A stretch of DNA of 56,781 nucleotides from Candidatus Kaiserbacteria bacterium RIFOXYD1_FULL_47_14 (GCA_001781915.1 MFMU01000003.1:1188-57968), one strand, 5' to 3'. Counted from the stretch's first letter, positions 33,515-42,693 are shown. Numbers and translations: made by a program. Notes: generated by a model not told the origin, from the sequence alone.

Positions 33515-33970
33515 TTAGTCAGTTGGGTATGACACTGGCGAATACGGTGCAGAATAGCCCCAGAGGTCAAGGGTGTTCACGACAATATTCACCAGCCCCC
33601 AGACCGAAATCATAACCGCAAACCCTATAAGCCCCCAGAGCATAAGCTGGTGACCCTTGGTCACTGCTCCCTCATCGCCTTTCGAGAAGATATATGCTTG
33701 AGCTATGCCGTATAAGAAGACAATAAAAGCAACAGCGAAGAGTACCGGCACCAAGACGCCGTTGATGAGATAGATGACATACATACCCAAGCACTCGATG
33801 TATGTATATCCATCTTGTAAACAAGCGCCAAAAGTGCCCCCAGAATCACCCGAACCAAAGTTGACTAATACTTTTATTGCGGCGTCGGCAGACGCAAAAG
33901 CAGGCGTGAGAAATGCGACGAGAGCGAGAGCGGTGCGAGTGATTGATTTCATATACGGTAAGTATGACAC
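33515..33970 (-). CDS. T4SS-pilin-like protein, paralog 5 (start uncertain: GTG 33970 or ATG 33952)
   Basis: Signal peptide (FLTPAFASADA). FIVFLYGIAQAYIF-(SKGDEGAVTKGH)-LMLWGLIGFAVMISVWGLVNI. Confidence 0.6.
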   Translation of the reverse strand: MSYLPYMKSITRTALALVAFLTPAFASADAAIKVLVNFGSGDSGGTFGACLQDGYTYIECLGMYVIYLINGVLVPVLFAVAFIVFLYGIAQAYIFSKGDEGAVTKGHQLMLWGLIGFAVMISVWGLVNIVVNTLDLWGYSAPYSPVSYPTD

Positions 33971-33971
33971 A

Positions 33972-34244
33972 TCACGCGGCGGGCGCGATGCCGAGCGTGG
34001 ATAACAATAAGTTTACGAACCCCCAGATCGAGAAGTATACGACCATGCCGAGAATGCCCCAGAAGATAAAATCACGGCCTTCTTTCAGTTTCTCTGTGTC
34101 CCCCTCGTTATTGATGAAGAAGTACTTCACAACGCCCCAGATGAAAACAAGAAATATAAGCGAACCGATGAGCGGTACGACAACGGTGTTGATAACACCG
34201 ATGATGCCTTCGGAACCACTGCCGACAAATTGGGCGAATGTCAT
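33972..34244 (-). CDS. T4SS-pilin-like protein, paralog 6 (start reassigned to MTFAQF)
   Basis: GGAGGA SD lies 5 nt before the ATG at 34244, 1 nt after the stop of paralog 7. Core FLVFIWGVVKYF-(NNEGDTEKLKEGR)-FIFWGILGMVVYFSIWGFVNL. Confidence 0.6.
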   Translation of the reverse strand: MTFAQFVGSGSEGIIGVINTVVVPLIGSLIFLVFIWGVVKYFFINNEGDTEKLKEGRDFIFWGILGMVVYFSIWGFVNLLLSTLGIAPAA

Positions 34245-34245
34245 A

Positions 34246-34635
34246 TCATCCTCCAGTAGAGAGCGCCGCCACAGTCGCTTGAATGCCGAGCGATATTGCC
34301 TGCGCGCCAAGCAGTATTAATGCTCCGACGACGGTCCAGAGGAGCGCATCTTTCGCTTTAGTAATTTCACCCGGCACGCCACGCGCAACGACGAAGAGAT
34401 ACCCGACATAAATGAGCATAAATATAACAACGATTGAGCCGATATAGACGACGAATTGCAGAATACTGGCGAGGAATGCAGATAGGCAATTGCCGTCGCC
34501 ACTACTGCAATCAACGCCCTTGAGCGGATTGATGAGAAAGATAGGGTCTGAAGAAGGAGTATCACTTGCTGCGAACACTATACCAGCAGGCAGACAAGCG
34601 AAGATAAAAAACAAAACGATGACGAGATAACGCAT
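34246..34635 (-). CDS. T4SS-pilin-like protein, paralog 7 (most divergent)
   Basis: Signal peptide. IFMLIYVGYLFVV-(ARGVPGEITKAKD)-LLWTVVGALILLGAQAI. Confidence 0.55.
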   Translation of the reverse strand: MRYLVIVLFFIFACLPAGIVFAASDTPSSDPIFLINPLKGVDCSSGDGNCLSAFLASILQFVVYIGSIVVIFMLIYVGYLFVVARGVPGEITKAKDALLWTVVGALILLGAQAISLGIQATVAALSTGG

Positions 34636-34662
34636 ATTATTTATGGTGAGCTTGTCGAATCA

Positions 34663-35961
34663 TTATTGCAAGAGCGCGGTCAAAGAACGCTCGGCAGAAA
34701 CGAGCGCAACAGAAAGCGATGAGCGACCGCTTATCACATCAGTAATCATACCCGAAAAGACAGCATCAGTATCGGCAGGCGTTGGGGATAGCCATCCTTT
34801 AGAATAGAGCGCCTCGGCATACGCGACCGCGGAAGCCGAGTCGGCTGGTACTGTCGCGAGTTCGTTTAAGACCACAGGTGCGAGCCCCGTCGCAGATACT
34901 GCGGCATTTTGTTCAGCCACATTCGTGAGAAGCACAGCGGTCTGATAGGCGCCCGATGAGTTATTCGCTCCGCGCGGAATCATAAATGCGTAGACGAGGC
35001 CGAAGGCGCTCTTTATAGTTGCGGTAGCTGGCTGTGGCAGAGGAGTAACGCTGAAGTTCAGATTCGGATTTGCCGTTTTGAAGAATTTTGCTTCAGAAGC
35101 GTAGCCAAGATAGAGCGCGAGGTCGCCATTCTGGAACATCTGCTGTGAATCCTGCAACGATGCGTTCCATGTATACGAGACCTTCGAAGGGTCGGCGAAT
35201 TGCGTATAGAAGCCGAGCACTGACTCCCCCGATGGCACTCCGCTAGAAGTATTTGTACCGAGATTAGCAGTGAGCGTCCCGACGGAAGAATGCGAGGAAA
35301 TCGGAACGCCTGCTTGTATAAAGAGCGCAGAGAGGATTCCTCGCGCATTATGCACATTGTCATAAGTACCGAGTGCGATAAGACCGCGCGTGATCTGTCG
35401 CGATGGCGAAAGGATTGCTACGCTCGGCACAAGACCCATCAAGGCCTCCCATGTAGTTGGCGGTTTCGCGATACCGCTCGAAGCGAGGATGGCGCGATTC
35501 GAGAAGAGGACGAGCGGATCAACAAGAAACGGTATTCCGTAATAGCCGCTAGGAGCAGCAAAAATACTCGCTTCTTCAATAAAGGTGTTCGCAAAGGCGG
35601 ATGTCGAAAGCGATCCTGACGGTATCGGAGCGATGAACTTCGCAATTGAACGCAGTTCCTCTTGCGAAGCGAGAACGAGATCAGGAGCGAAGCCGGTAGC
35701 TATCGCAGAAGCGAGATCGCTCGCAAGCGTCGCGGAGTTCTTTCGCACATACGAAACATTCTTGAGAAGCGGTTCGGATTGTGCTGCAGCAGTTAAGGCG
35801 GACTGCATCTCTTCTGTCGGCAAGATGCCCCAAATAACAACTGTACCGACAGCATTCCTGCTGTTTCCGCTATTAGAATAGGTTGCGAAGACGAAAAGAC
35901 CGACAAGAGCCGCAAAAATGAACACGCCGAACAAAATACCTTGGAATAAAGAAATTTTCAT
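34663..35961 (-). CDS. membrane-anchored extracellular solute-binding-protein-like protein
   Basis: N-terminal TM anchor. VVIWGILP...GFAPDLVLASQEEL resembles family-1 ABC solute-binding proteins. Assignment is tentative. Confidence 0.45.
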   Translation of the reverse strand: MKISLFQGILFGVFIFAALVGLFVFATYSNSGNSRNAVGTVVIWGILPTEEMQSALTAAAQSEPLLKNVSYVRKNSATLASDLASAIATGFAPDLVLASQEELRSIAKFIAPIPSGSLSTSAFANTFIEEASIFAAPSGYYGIPFLVDPLVLFSNRAILASSGIAKPPTTWEALMGLVPSVAILSPSRQITRGLIALGTYDNVHNARGILSALFIQAGVPISSHSSVGTLTANLGTNTSSGVPSGESVLGFYTQFADPSKVSYTWNASLQDSQQMFQNGDLALYLGYASEAKFFKTANPNLNFSVTPLPQPATATIKSAFGLVYAFMIPRGANNSSGAYQTAVLLTNVAEQNAAVSATGLAPVVLNELATVPADSASAVAYAEALYSKGWLSPTPADTDAVFSGMITDVISGRSSLSVALVSAERSLTALLQ

Positions 35962-35963
35962 AA

Positions 35964-36500
35964 TTATGGTGCAGTAAAAATAATGCCGTAATGATGCGGT
36001 CCAGCACGGAATGATTTCACTTTATGGAATCCGCCATTGATAAAGAGCTCCTCGGCGCTATGCTCGGTCACAACTTGTTCTGGCGCAGGACCCATACCGC
36101 CGTAACTGCCTGCCCAATCGATAACCATCAGCTTGCCGCCCAATTTCAGCACGCGCCGTATCTCTCCGATAAGCCCATCGCGATTCTCGATTTGGAAAAG
36201 CACATTGGCGAGGATGGCCGCGTCTAGCGAAGCATCGCGCAAATGCGTACCACCCAATTTCTCAATGTCGCCCCAGACCGTATCAATAATACTGTGATGC
36301 GAGAAATGCGTGTTGAGTTTCAAATGTTTGAGGATGTTTTCCTGCACATCAATCGCATATACCTTTCCGTCATAGCCGACGATAGCCGCTGCCGCGCGCG
36401 CATAATGACCAGAGCCCGCGCCGAAATCGCCGACTTTCATTCCCTCGCGCAGACCCAAATGCAGCACATTCTCTCTTGGAGAACTGAAAGAAGCATTCAT
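35964..36500 (-). CDS. class I SAM-dependent methyltransferase (start reassigned from 36548)
   Basis: VGDFGAGSGHYA (motif I), VYAIDVQ, GGKLMVIDW. The longer ORF would read through a GC-rich palindrome. Confidence 0.7.
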   Translation of the reverse strand: MNASFSSPRENVLHLGLREGMKVGDFGAGSGHYARAAAAIVGYDGKVYAIDVQENILKHLKLNTHFSHHSIIDTVWGDIEKLGGTHLRDASLDAAILANVLFQIENRDGLIGEIRRVLKLGGKLMVIDWAGSYGGMGPAPEQVVTEHSAEELFINGGFHKVKSFRAGPHHYGIIFTAP

Positions 36501-36516
36501 ACCTATAAAATACCAT

Positions 36517-36539
36517 GCGCGGCCCGCTGCGGGCCGCGC
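36517..36539. repeat. GC-rich 11-bp-arm palindrome
   Basis: GCGCGGCCCGC-t-GCGGGCCGCGC, followed by the tandem decamer ATCAACACCC x2 (36541..36560). Confidence 0.8.
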
Positions 36540-36594
36540 AATCAACACCCATCAACACCCTTATAAAAATACCTTGATCTCCTATACCCACAAC

Positions 36595-36615
36595 TGTGGA
36601 CACTAAGTGTCTACA
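36595..36615. repeat. REP-like 21-nt palindrome, upstream flank of RAYT-like gene 1
   Basis: TGTGGACACT-a-AGTGTCTACA. Confidence 0.85.
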
Positions 36616-36641
36616 AGATTAGTTGGAGCTATAATAATTAT

Positions 36642-37334
36642 ATGGGGTACCGCGAAACAGGACTCGGCGCATATGTGCATGTTTGTAATCGCGGAGTAAA
36701 GAAGATGCCTATTTATCGTCACGAGACTGATTTGCGGCGTTTACATTCCCTCTTGTTCTATCTTAATCATAAAGAACCGATGCCGGATAATTGGACTAGA
36801 GATATTGAGGGAGGACTTAGTTCTCTGTCTTGGCCATCGTCATGGCAACCGCGCGAACCGATAGTGTCGATTCTTGCTTTTACACTTATGCCGAATCATT
36901 TTCATCTTTTTCTAAAAGAAATTACTGAAGGAGGGATCGCAAAATTCATGCATCGCGTTTCAATGGCGTATTCAAAGTTTATTAATCAAAAATACGGCGA
37001 AAGCGGACGTCTCTTTGAGGGTACATATAAATCACGAATTATTGAAGAAGAAACGGATTTCAAAAATCTTGCGGCGTATATTATGGTTAAAAATACTTTT
37101 GAATTATATCCTGGAGGATTAATGACCGCCTGCAGAGAATTTGAACCGGCATACGCGAGTGCGTTACATTATCCGTTTACCAGCTTAAAAGATTATGAAC
37201 ACTCTGAACACATATCGCCTATTTTAGACCGCGAACTTCTTGGTGAGCTCTTTGACAATTCTCACTCTTTTAAGAGTTTTGCTCAGGAATGTATGCTCCA
37301 TCGACTTGACGAACTCACCGAGCATCATTTGTAG
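36642..37334 (+). CDS. IS200/RAYT-like HUH (Y1) transposase, copy 1
   Basis: HUH motif LMPNHFHLFL. Tyr-helix AAYIMVKN. Flanked by inverted palindromes. Confidence 0.7.
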   Translation: MGYRETGLGAYVHVCNRGVKKMPIYRHETDLRRLHSLLFYLNHKEPMPDNWTRDIEGGLSSLSWPSSWQPREPIVSILAFTLMPNHFHLFLKEITEGGIAKFMHRVSMAYSKFINQKYGESGRLFEGTYKSRIIEEETDFKNLAAYIMVKNTFELYPGGLMTACREFEPAYASALHYPFTSLKDYEHSEHISPILDRELLGELFDNSHSFKSFAQECMLHRLDELTEHHL

Positions 37335-37350
37335 ACACTAAGTGTCCACA
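37330..37350. repeat. REP-like 21-nt palindrome, downstream flank of RAYT-like gene 1 (contains the stop codon)
   Basis: TGTAGACACT-a-AGTGTCCACA. Reverse complement of 36595..36615 except for the central base. Confidence 0.85.
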
Positions 37351-37541
37351 ATACTACAATAGGAAAATAAAAAAACCGCGAGGAATTAGGTTTTGTCTCT
37401 AGAGCTAGCGTTTCTGCTACTCCCAACCCAACACATCTCGCGGTTAACCGATATCAGCGTCCGCCAAGGTCTTTTCTCCAAATAATTTCCTTGGTAAGAG
37501 TTAGGGGTGGTCAATTCCCAACTCTGATAGAAACCAGAGTA

Positions 37542-40028
37542 TCACAGCGCCACCAGCGATGCAATAGAGTCGCCCTCACGCATTTTCATAATGCGGACGC
37601 CCTGCGTCGCGCGGGAAAGGAGTGAAATCTCGGCAGCTGAAGTGCGAATCACCTGCCCTTTTTTAGAAACGACGACAATTTCTTCTTCTTTTAAATCGCC
37701 CACGATAACGCGCGCGCCGATAATCTCGCCGGTCTTCGGCGTTACCTCTGCGGTCTTGATGCCAGAGCCGCCGCGGCCCTGTACTTTATATTCAGAAATC
37801 TTAGTGCGCTTGCCGTACCCCTTGCTCATAATGACGAGAAGCGAGGCATCACGGACCGCGGCGGAAATCACTTCAGCAGAGACGACTCTGTCGCCTTTCT
37901 TTACCGCCATACCGCGCACCCCGCCGGCAGTGCGGCCCATCTCGCGCACTTCTTCTGCTTCAAATCGAATCGACTGTCCTTTCGCAGTCACGATAGAGAC
38001 CGTATCGCCCTCGCCAGAGTGATGCGCGGAAACAAGTTTGTCGCCTTTCTTTAGATTAATCGCGATGATGCCTGAACGGCGAACATCAGAGAATGAACGC
38101 GCCGCTACACGCTTAACCGAGCCCTCTTCAGTTACGAAAACAATCGACGAAGCATCGAGCGCTGCGCCCTTCGGCACCGGCAAAATGGAAGTCACCTTCT
38201 CATCGCCTGCGAGCGCGAGGAAGTTCATTATGCTCTTACCTTTCGTGGCACGACGACCTTCAGGAATTTCATACATCTTGAGCTGATATGCTTTGCCGAA
38301 ATCAGTGAAGAAAAGCAAATCGTTGTGTGCATTCGTCACGAGGAAATGCGTCACAATGTCTTCTTCCTTCGTAGCGATGTCCACCACGCCAACGCCGCCA
38401 CGCTTCTGGCTCTTGTATTCGTTCGGATTCGTCCGCTTCACATACCCGCCTTGAGTTAAGAGAAGCATCGATTCTTCATCGGGCACAAGATCTTCAACAG
38501 AAATATTCTGTACGCCACCCTTCACGACGCGCGTACGGCGGTCATCGCCGTATTTCTCGGCAAGTTCACTGAGCTCTTGTTTTACCACAGCGAGAATCTT
38601 CGCCAGTGACGAAAGAATATCTTTCAATTTTTTTATAATCGCCTGTACTTCAGCGAGTTCGTCTTCAAGCTTTTTGCGTTCGAGGCCGGCGAGCTTCGAA
38701 AGACGCATCTCGAGAATCGCCGCCGACTGCAATACCGAAAAGCTAAACTTCTTCTGGAGCGCGAGCGATGCTGAAGGAATGTCCGCTGCCTTCTTGATTA
38801 TCGCGATAACCTCATCAATATGATCGAGTGCTTTGCAGAGACCGAAGAGAATATGCTCGCGCGCCTCTGCTTGTCGCAGATCATATTCGGTACGACGCTT
38901 CACGACTTCCTGACGGTGCTTCACAAAATGCCCGAGCATACCGACGAGCGAGAGCATCTCCGGCACACCGTCCACGAGTGCGAGCATATTATAGTGGAAG
39001 GTGCTTTCGAGCTCTGTATGTTTGTACAATGCGTTCAAGACCGCTTGTGGATGTGCTGTACTCTTCAACTCCACGACCACACGAATGTCCGAAGTTGATT
39101 CATCGCGCAAGTCGCGAATGCCTTCTAGTTTCTTCTCTTGTACCAAGTCTGCGATGCGCGCAATAAGCTCGCTTTTATTCACGCGATATGGAATCGAAGT
39201 AATGATGATGCTCGAGTCCTTCTTCCCATCGTCAATAATCTCCGCTTCACCGCGCACCACCACCGGTCCCTTCCCTGAGCCATAAGCATGCTTAATATCC
39301 GCATTATTAAAAGCGACACCCCCAAGCGGAAAATCAGGACCTTTTACGAATTGGAGCAAGTCATCAGTAGTCGCATCAGGATTCTCGATGAGATGAATGG
39401 TGGCAGCGACTACTTCGCGGAGATTGTGCGGCGGAATGTTAGTAGCCATGCCTACGGCGATGCCTAGCGTGCCATTGAGGAGAAGATTGGGCAATGCAGA
39501 CGGAAGTACATGCGGCTCCTCGCGCGTTGCATCATAGTTCGGATTCCATCTGACGGTCTCCTTCTCGAGATCTAAGAGAAGCGCTTCGCCAATGCGCGAC
39601 ATCTTCGCTTCGGTATAACGCATCGCGGCCGGCGAATCGCCGTCGATAGAACCAAAGTTGCCCTGCCCCAACACGAGCGGGTAGCGATAAGAAAATGTCT
39701 GCGCCATTTTAGCCATCGAGTCATACACTGCGACATCGCCATGCGGGTGATATTTACCAAGTACTTCGCCGACTACCGTTGCGCTCTTACGAAACTTCCC
39801 GCCGGGCATAAGCCCCATATCCTTCATCGCATAAAGAATGCGTCGATGTACCGGTTTCAATCCGTCGCGCACATCGGGCAAAGCGCGGGCGGTGATAACC
39901 GTCATCGCATAGTCGATGTAAGATTGTCGCATCTCGGCGACAATCGGCTGATCGATGACATTCGCGGCTCCGCCAGCTGGCGGATATGCCGCCGCGTCAT
40001 CTCCTTTTTCCTGCTTACCGCGCGCCAT
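37542..40028 (-). CDS. gyrA: DNA gyrase subunit A
   Basis: 828 aa. [29 protein letters not shown], the active-site Tyr region ([10 protein letters not shown]) and C-terminal beta-pinwheel repeats. Confidence 0.95.
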   Translation of the reverse strand: MARGKQEKGDDAAAYPPAGGAANVIDQPIVAEMRQSYIDYAMTVITARALPDVRDGLKPVHRRILYAMKDMGLMPGGKFRKSATVVGEVLGKYHPHGDVAVYDSMAKMAQTFSYRYPLVLGQGNFGSIDGDSPAAMRYTEAKMSRIGEALLLDLEKETVRWNPNYDATREEPHVLPSALPNLLLNGTLGIAVGMATNIPPHNLREVVAATIHLIENPDATTDDLLQFVKGPDFPLGGVAFNNADIKHAYGSGKGPVVVRGEAEIIDDGKKDSSIIITSIPYRVNKSELIARIADLVQEKKLEGIRDLRDESTSDIRVVVELKSTAHPQAVLNALYKHTELESTFHYNMLALVDGVPEMLSLVGMLGHFVKHRQEVVKRRTEYDLRQAEAREHILFGLCKALDHIDEVIAIIKKAADIPSASLALQKKFSFSVLQSAAILEMRLSKLAGLERKKLEDELAEVQAIIKKLKDILSSLAKILAVVKQELSELAEKYGDDRRTRVVKGGVQNISVEDLVPDEESMLLLTQGGYVKRTNPNEYKSQKRGGVGVVDIATKEEDIVTHFLVTNAHNDLLFFTDFGKAYQLKMYEIPEGRRATKGKSIMNFLALAGDEKVTSILPVPKGAALDASSIVFVTEEGSVKRVAARSFSDVRRSGIIAINLKKGDKLVSAHHSGEGDTVSIVTAKGQSIRFEAEEVREMGRTAGGVRGMAVKKGDRVVSAEVISAAVRDASLLVIMSKGYGKRTKISEYKVQGRGGSGIKTAEVTPKTGEIIGARVIVGDLKEEEIVVVSKKGQVIRTSAAEISLLSRATQGVRIMKMREGDSIASLVAL

Positions 40029-40061
40029 AATTGAAAATTTAAAAGTTTAAATATTTAAATA

Positions 40062-40418
40062 TCAGAACGGTATCGTCGTCTGTTCTGCCTTCCTCACTGG
40101 ACGCGTTGAAGACGCAGTGTCGACAATTTCGATGTGCGCCGACGCATTTTTATTCTGAAGCGCTGCAGCGGCGCCAGCAATCCCGCTACTAGCGGAATCA
40201 TAACCGCTCCCGCCACTAGTGGTCTCAATACCTCCTTGTACACCTGCATCTGCAAACGAGGTTCCGCGAACCGCGAAGGATCCTGTCGCAAGAGAGCCCG
40301 CAAACCACACAAAAGCGATGAGTGCGCTCACGCCCGCAGCGCTCGCGAAAGCAATGCGCTTCCGAATATGGTGCGGTTTCTGTTTTGCGTTTTCGATATG
40401 TTCAAAGATGGTTCTCAT
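40062..40418 (-). CDS. hypothetical membrane-anchored protein
   Basis: 118 aa. One TM (AAGVSALIAFVWFAGSLA). Gly/Ser/Ala-rich remainder. Confidence 0.45.
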   Translation of the reverse strand: MRTIFEHIENAKQKPHHIRKRIAFASAAGVSALIAFVWFAGSLATGSFAVRGTSFADAGVQGGIETTSGGSGYDSASSGIAGAAAALQNKNASAHIEIVDTASSTRPVRKAEQTTIPF

Positions 40419-40423
40419 ATCTG

Positions 40424-41104
40424 TTAAGGCGTTAATACCAGTATACTCCCATCGCGACCGATAAGATCTTTCTTCTTTAAGGTGAGTTTGTCTACTTTCT
40501 CGCTACCGTTCCCTGCTTCTTTCAAGAATGCTTCAAGCGCTTTTGACTGTCCGATACCACTCCAATGCATCGGTATGATAATCTTCGGCTCGAGCGAGAC
40601 CGCGAGCTCGTGCGCCTTTGCAGGAGAGAGAACGCCATCGTCCCCAATCGGCACGAAGAGCACATCTATTTCATCGATATTCTCTCGCGCTTCTTTCGAT
40701 AATTCTGCATCAGAAAGTGCTCCAAGATGTACGAGCGTCATATCTTCAAGTTCGACACTATATATTGTATTGACAAAACTTGGGGGTGAAACCCCCAAGT
40801 GATCTTTCGTAAGACCATAGTTGCTCTTAGAAAGGAATCCTTGGATAACAACGCCGGCGCGCTCGTATTCGCCGGGACCGGTAATAGCAAACGGTTTTTT
40901 GCCTGGCCTGAGTTTATTCGAAGGGTCGCCATACGCCACTTCTTCTACGCCATTCATATCCGGATGATCACGCGAAACGAGTGCAATATCCGCACCGAAG
41001 CGCACGGCGGGCATTGCCGACTTCTTGCTAATAGGGTCGAAAACAAGCGTTAAATCACCGAAAGTAATCTTGAAACATTGCCCGCCGTGATGCGTGATAA
41101 CCAT
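40424..41104 (-). CDS. MBL-fold metallo-hydrolase (UlaG/Lactamase_B_3-like)
   Basis: MVITHHGGQCFKI..LVFDP...SRDHPDMNG...IIPMHW. Confidence 0.65.
   Translation of the reverse strand: MVITHHGGQCFKITFGDLTLVFDPISKKSAMPAVRFGADIALVSRDHPDMNGVEEVAYGDPSNKLRPGKKPFAITGPGEYERAGVVIQGFLSKSNYGLTKDHLGVSPPSFVNTIYSVELEDMTLVHLGALSDAELSKEARENIDEIDVLFVPIGDDGVLSPAKAHELAVSLEPKIIIPMHWSGIGQSKALEAFLKEAGNGSEKVDKLTLKKKDLIGRDGSILVLTP
40778..40800. repeat. 10-bp-arm palindrome inside the MBL-fold CDS
   Basis: ACTTGGGGGT-gaa-ACCCCCAAGT. Shares GGTGAAACCCCCAAG with the trxB palindrome. Confidence 0.85.
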
Positions 41105-41164
41105 AGGTATATTCTAGCATAAAACGCGCCCGCGCGCTGGCTATTGCAAATAAAACTGACCTCT

Positions 41165-41372
41165 GATATATTCATAGGCAGACCATCTGTTCTCATTGAG
41201 GAAGGGTGCTCAAAACACAACGCGTAACATGCGCGCCAAACTGGTAAATGAGCTCACCCCTCAATCAAGAACCGATGTCTGATAGATCTTCGGCGTAATC
41301 GGGGAAGGAATTCATCCTCGACAACCGCTCACGCGCAAAAGGCCCGCCGAAAGGAGGGCCTTCGTTTTTTTA
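41165..41372 (+). ncRNA. candidate structured small RNA ending in an intrinsic terminator (family unknown)
   Basis: No ORF. Long-range pairing ATTGAGG..GGTGCTCA / TGAGCTCACC..CCTCAAT and CAGACCATCTGTTCT / AGAACCGATGTCTG around a GCGCG apical hairpin. Terminator at 41339..41371. Confidence 0.3.
41339..41371 (+). terminator. intrinsic terminator
   Basis: AAGGCCC-gccgaaagga-GGGCCTT, then cg + TTTTTTT. Confidence 0.75.
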
Positions 41373-41514
41373 TATACTATGCTATAGTCCACTCGTTGCG
41401 TGCAGAGAACTAGATGTTGGCTAACACTGTATTAAAGGTTCGACCTTTGGCCCAAATTTCTTAAGGTCGAACCTTAACAGCACCATCTTCGAAAATCCGC
41501 ACCGCTTTATATAT

Positions 41515-42630
41515 ATGTCTGAAGGTAAGAAGTCCGTTCCGTTGCCGACCATTCATCTCGCTGAAAGCCACCCGATGGCCAGTTTTATTGATGCTATCCC
41601 GATGCCGCCTATAACAAGCGACCTCGTTGAAGGCACTATTATTGCGATTAGCCGTGGTCGTGTGTATGTCGATTTGCCGCCCTTTGGCACCGGCATTATT
41701 TACGGACGCGAATACCTCAACGCCGCTGATGTATTGCGCAAAGCGAACCCGGGCGACACGATTAGTGCAAAGGTCATTGATCCAGCTGGTCGTGATGGGT
41801 ATATAGAGCTTTCTCTTAAAGAGGCGCGCCAGGCAGCTATCTGGGGCGAGGCCGAAACCGCTATCCTCTCGCAGACGCCCTACTCGCTCATTGTTGAAGA
41901 AGCGAACAAAGGCGGACTTATTCTCTCATGGCAAGGTATTCAGGGATTCCTTCCTGCATCACAGCTCGCGAAGGAACATTATCCTCGCGTACCAGAAGGC
42001 GATAAAGACAAGATCCTCGGCGAACTGATACAATTGGTTGGCCACCCACTTTCCGTACGCATCATCACTGCCGATGCAAAAGAAGGAAAACTTATCTTCT
42101 CAGAACGCACTGAAAACGAGGATGAGGAGAAAGCATCGATTATCGACAAATACCAAGTAGGCGATATCGCTGATGGCGAAGTAACGGGTGTTGTTGATTT
42201 CGGCGTCTTCGTGAAGCTCGAACAAGGTCTCGAAGGTCTCGCACACATCAGCGAACTCGATTGGGGTCTCGTCGAGAATCCTCACACGCTCTTCGCGGTC
42301 GGCGACGCGGTGAAGGTCAAGATAATTGAAATCAAAGACGGAAAGATTTCTCTCTCTATTAAGGCATTGAAGGAAAATCCGTGGCACACTGCTGCTGATC
42401 GCTACAAGAAGGATATGGTAGTGCCGGGCGTTGTTATTAAATACAACAAACACGGCGCGCTCGCTTCTATTGAAGAAGGGGTTGCCGGATTGGTGCATGT
42501 GAGCGAATTCGAATCGCCGGCAGCACTGCGCGAGACGCTTGAACTTGGGAAAACCTATCCCTTCACGATTGCTCTATTCGAACCAAAAGAACAGCGCATG
42601 ACACTGACTTACACGGCGAAGAAAAAATAA
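41515..42630 (+). CDS. rpsA: 30S ribosomal protein S1 (four S1 domains)
   Basis: Repeated S1/OB motifs (G.V..I....V.VDL..G..G..H.SE), e.g. GEVTGVVDFGVFVKLEQGLEGLAHISEL. Confidence 0.85.
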   Translation: MSEGKKSVPLPTIHLAESHPMASFIDAIPMPPITSDLVEGTIIAISRGRVYVDLPPFGTGIIYGREYLNAADVLRKANPGDTISAKVIDPAGRDGYIELSLKEARQAAIWGEAETAILSQTPYSLIVEEANKGGLILSWQGIQGFLPASQLAKEHYPRVPEGDKDKILGELIQLVGHPLSVRIITADAKEGKLIFSERTENEDEEKASIIDKYQVGDIADGEVTGVVDFGVFVKLEQGLEGLAHISELDWGLVENPHTLFAVGDAVKVKIIEIKDGKISLSIKALKENPWHTAADRYKKDMVVPGVVIKYNKHGALASIEEGVAGLVHVSEFESPAALRETLELGKTYPFTIALFEPKEQRMTLTYTAKKK

Positions 42631-42693
42631 AAGAACAATCGGAGGCCTGATTTCTTTGTACCGCACTTGTATCTGTTTGTCTGCACTAAAATC

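Noticed and set aside
37366-37541. Hairpin-rich convergent intergenic region between RAYT-1 and gyrA. It includes CCGCGAG...CTCGCGG + T-run on the minus strand, CCAAGG..CCTTGG and GAGTTAGGG..CCCAACTC.
   Set aside because: This is most simply the gyrA terminator plus incidental stems. I found no recognisable ncRNA signature, and I cannot test for covariation.
41165-41372. Possible RNase P RNA or SRP RNA identity for the candidate sRNA
   Set aside because: TGAGGAAGGGTGCTC superficially resembles the RNase P P4 strand GAGGAAAGUCC, but the region is far too short and lacks the other conserved regions. No SRP domain-IV GGAA/AGCAG motif is present. It is kept only as an unclassified candidate.
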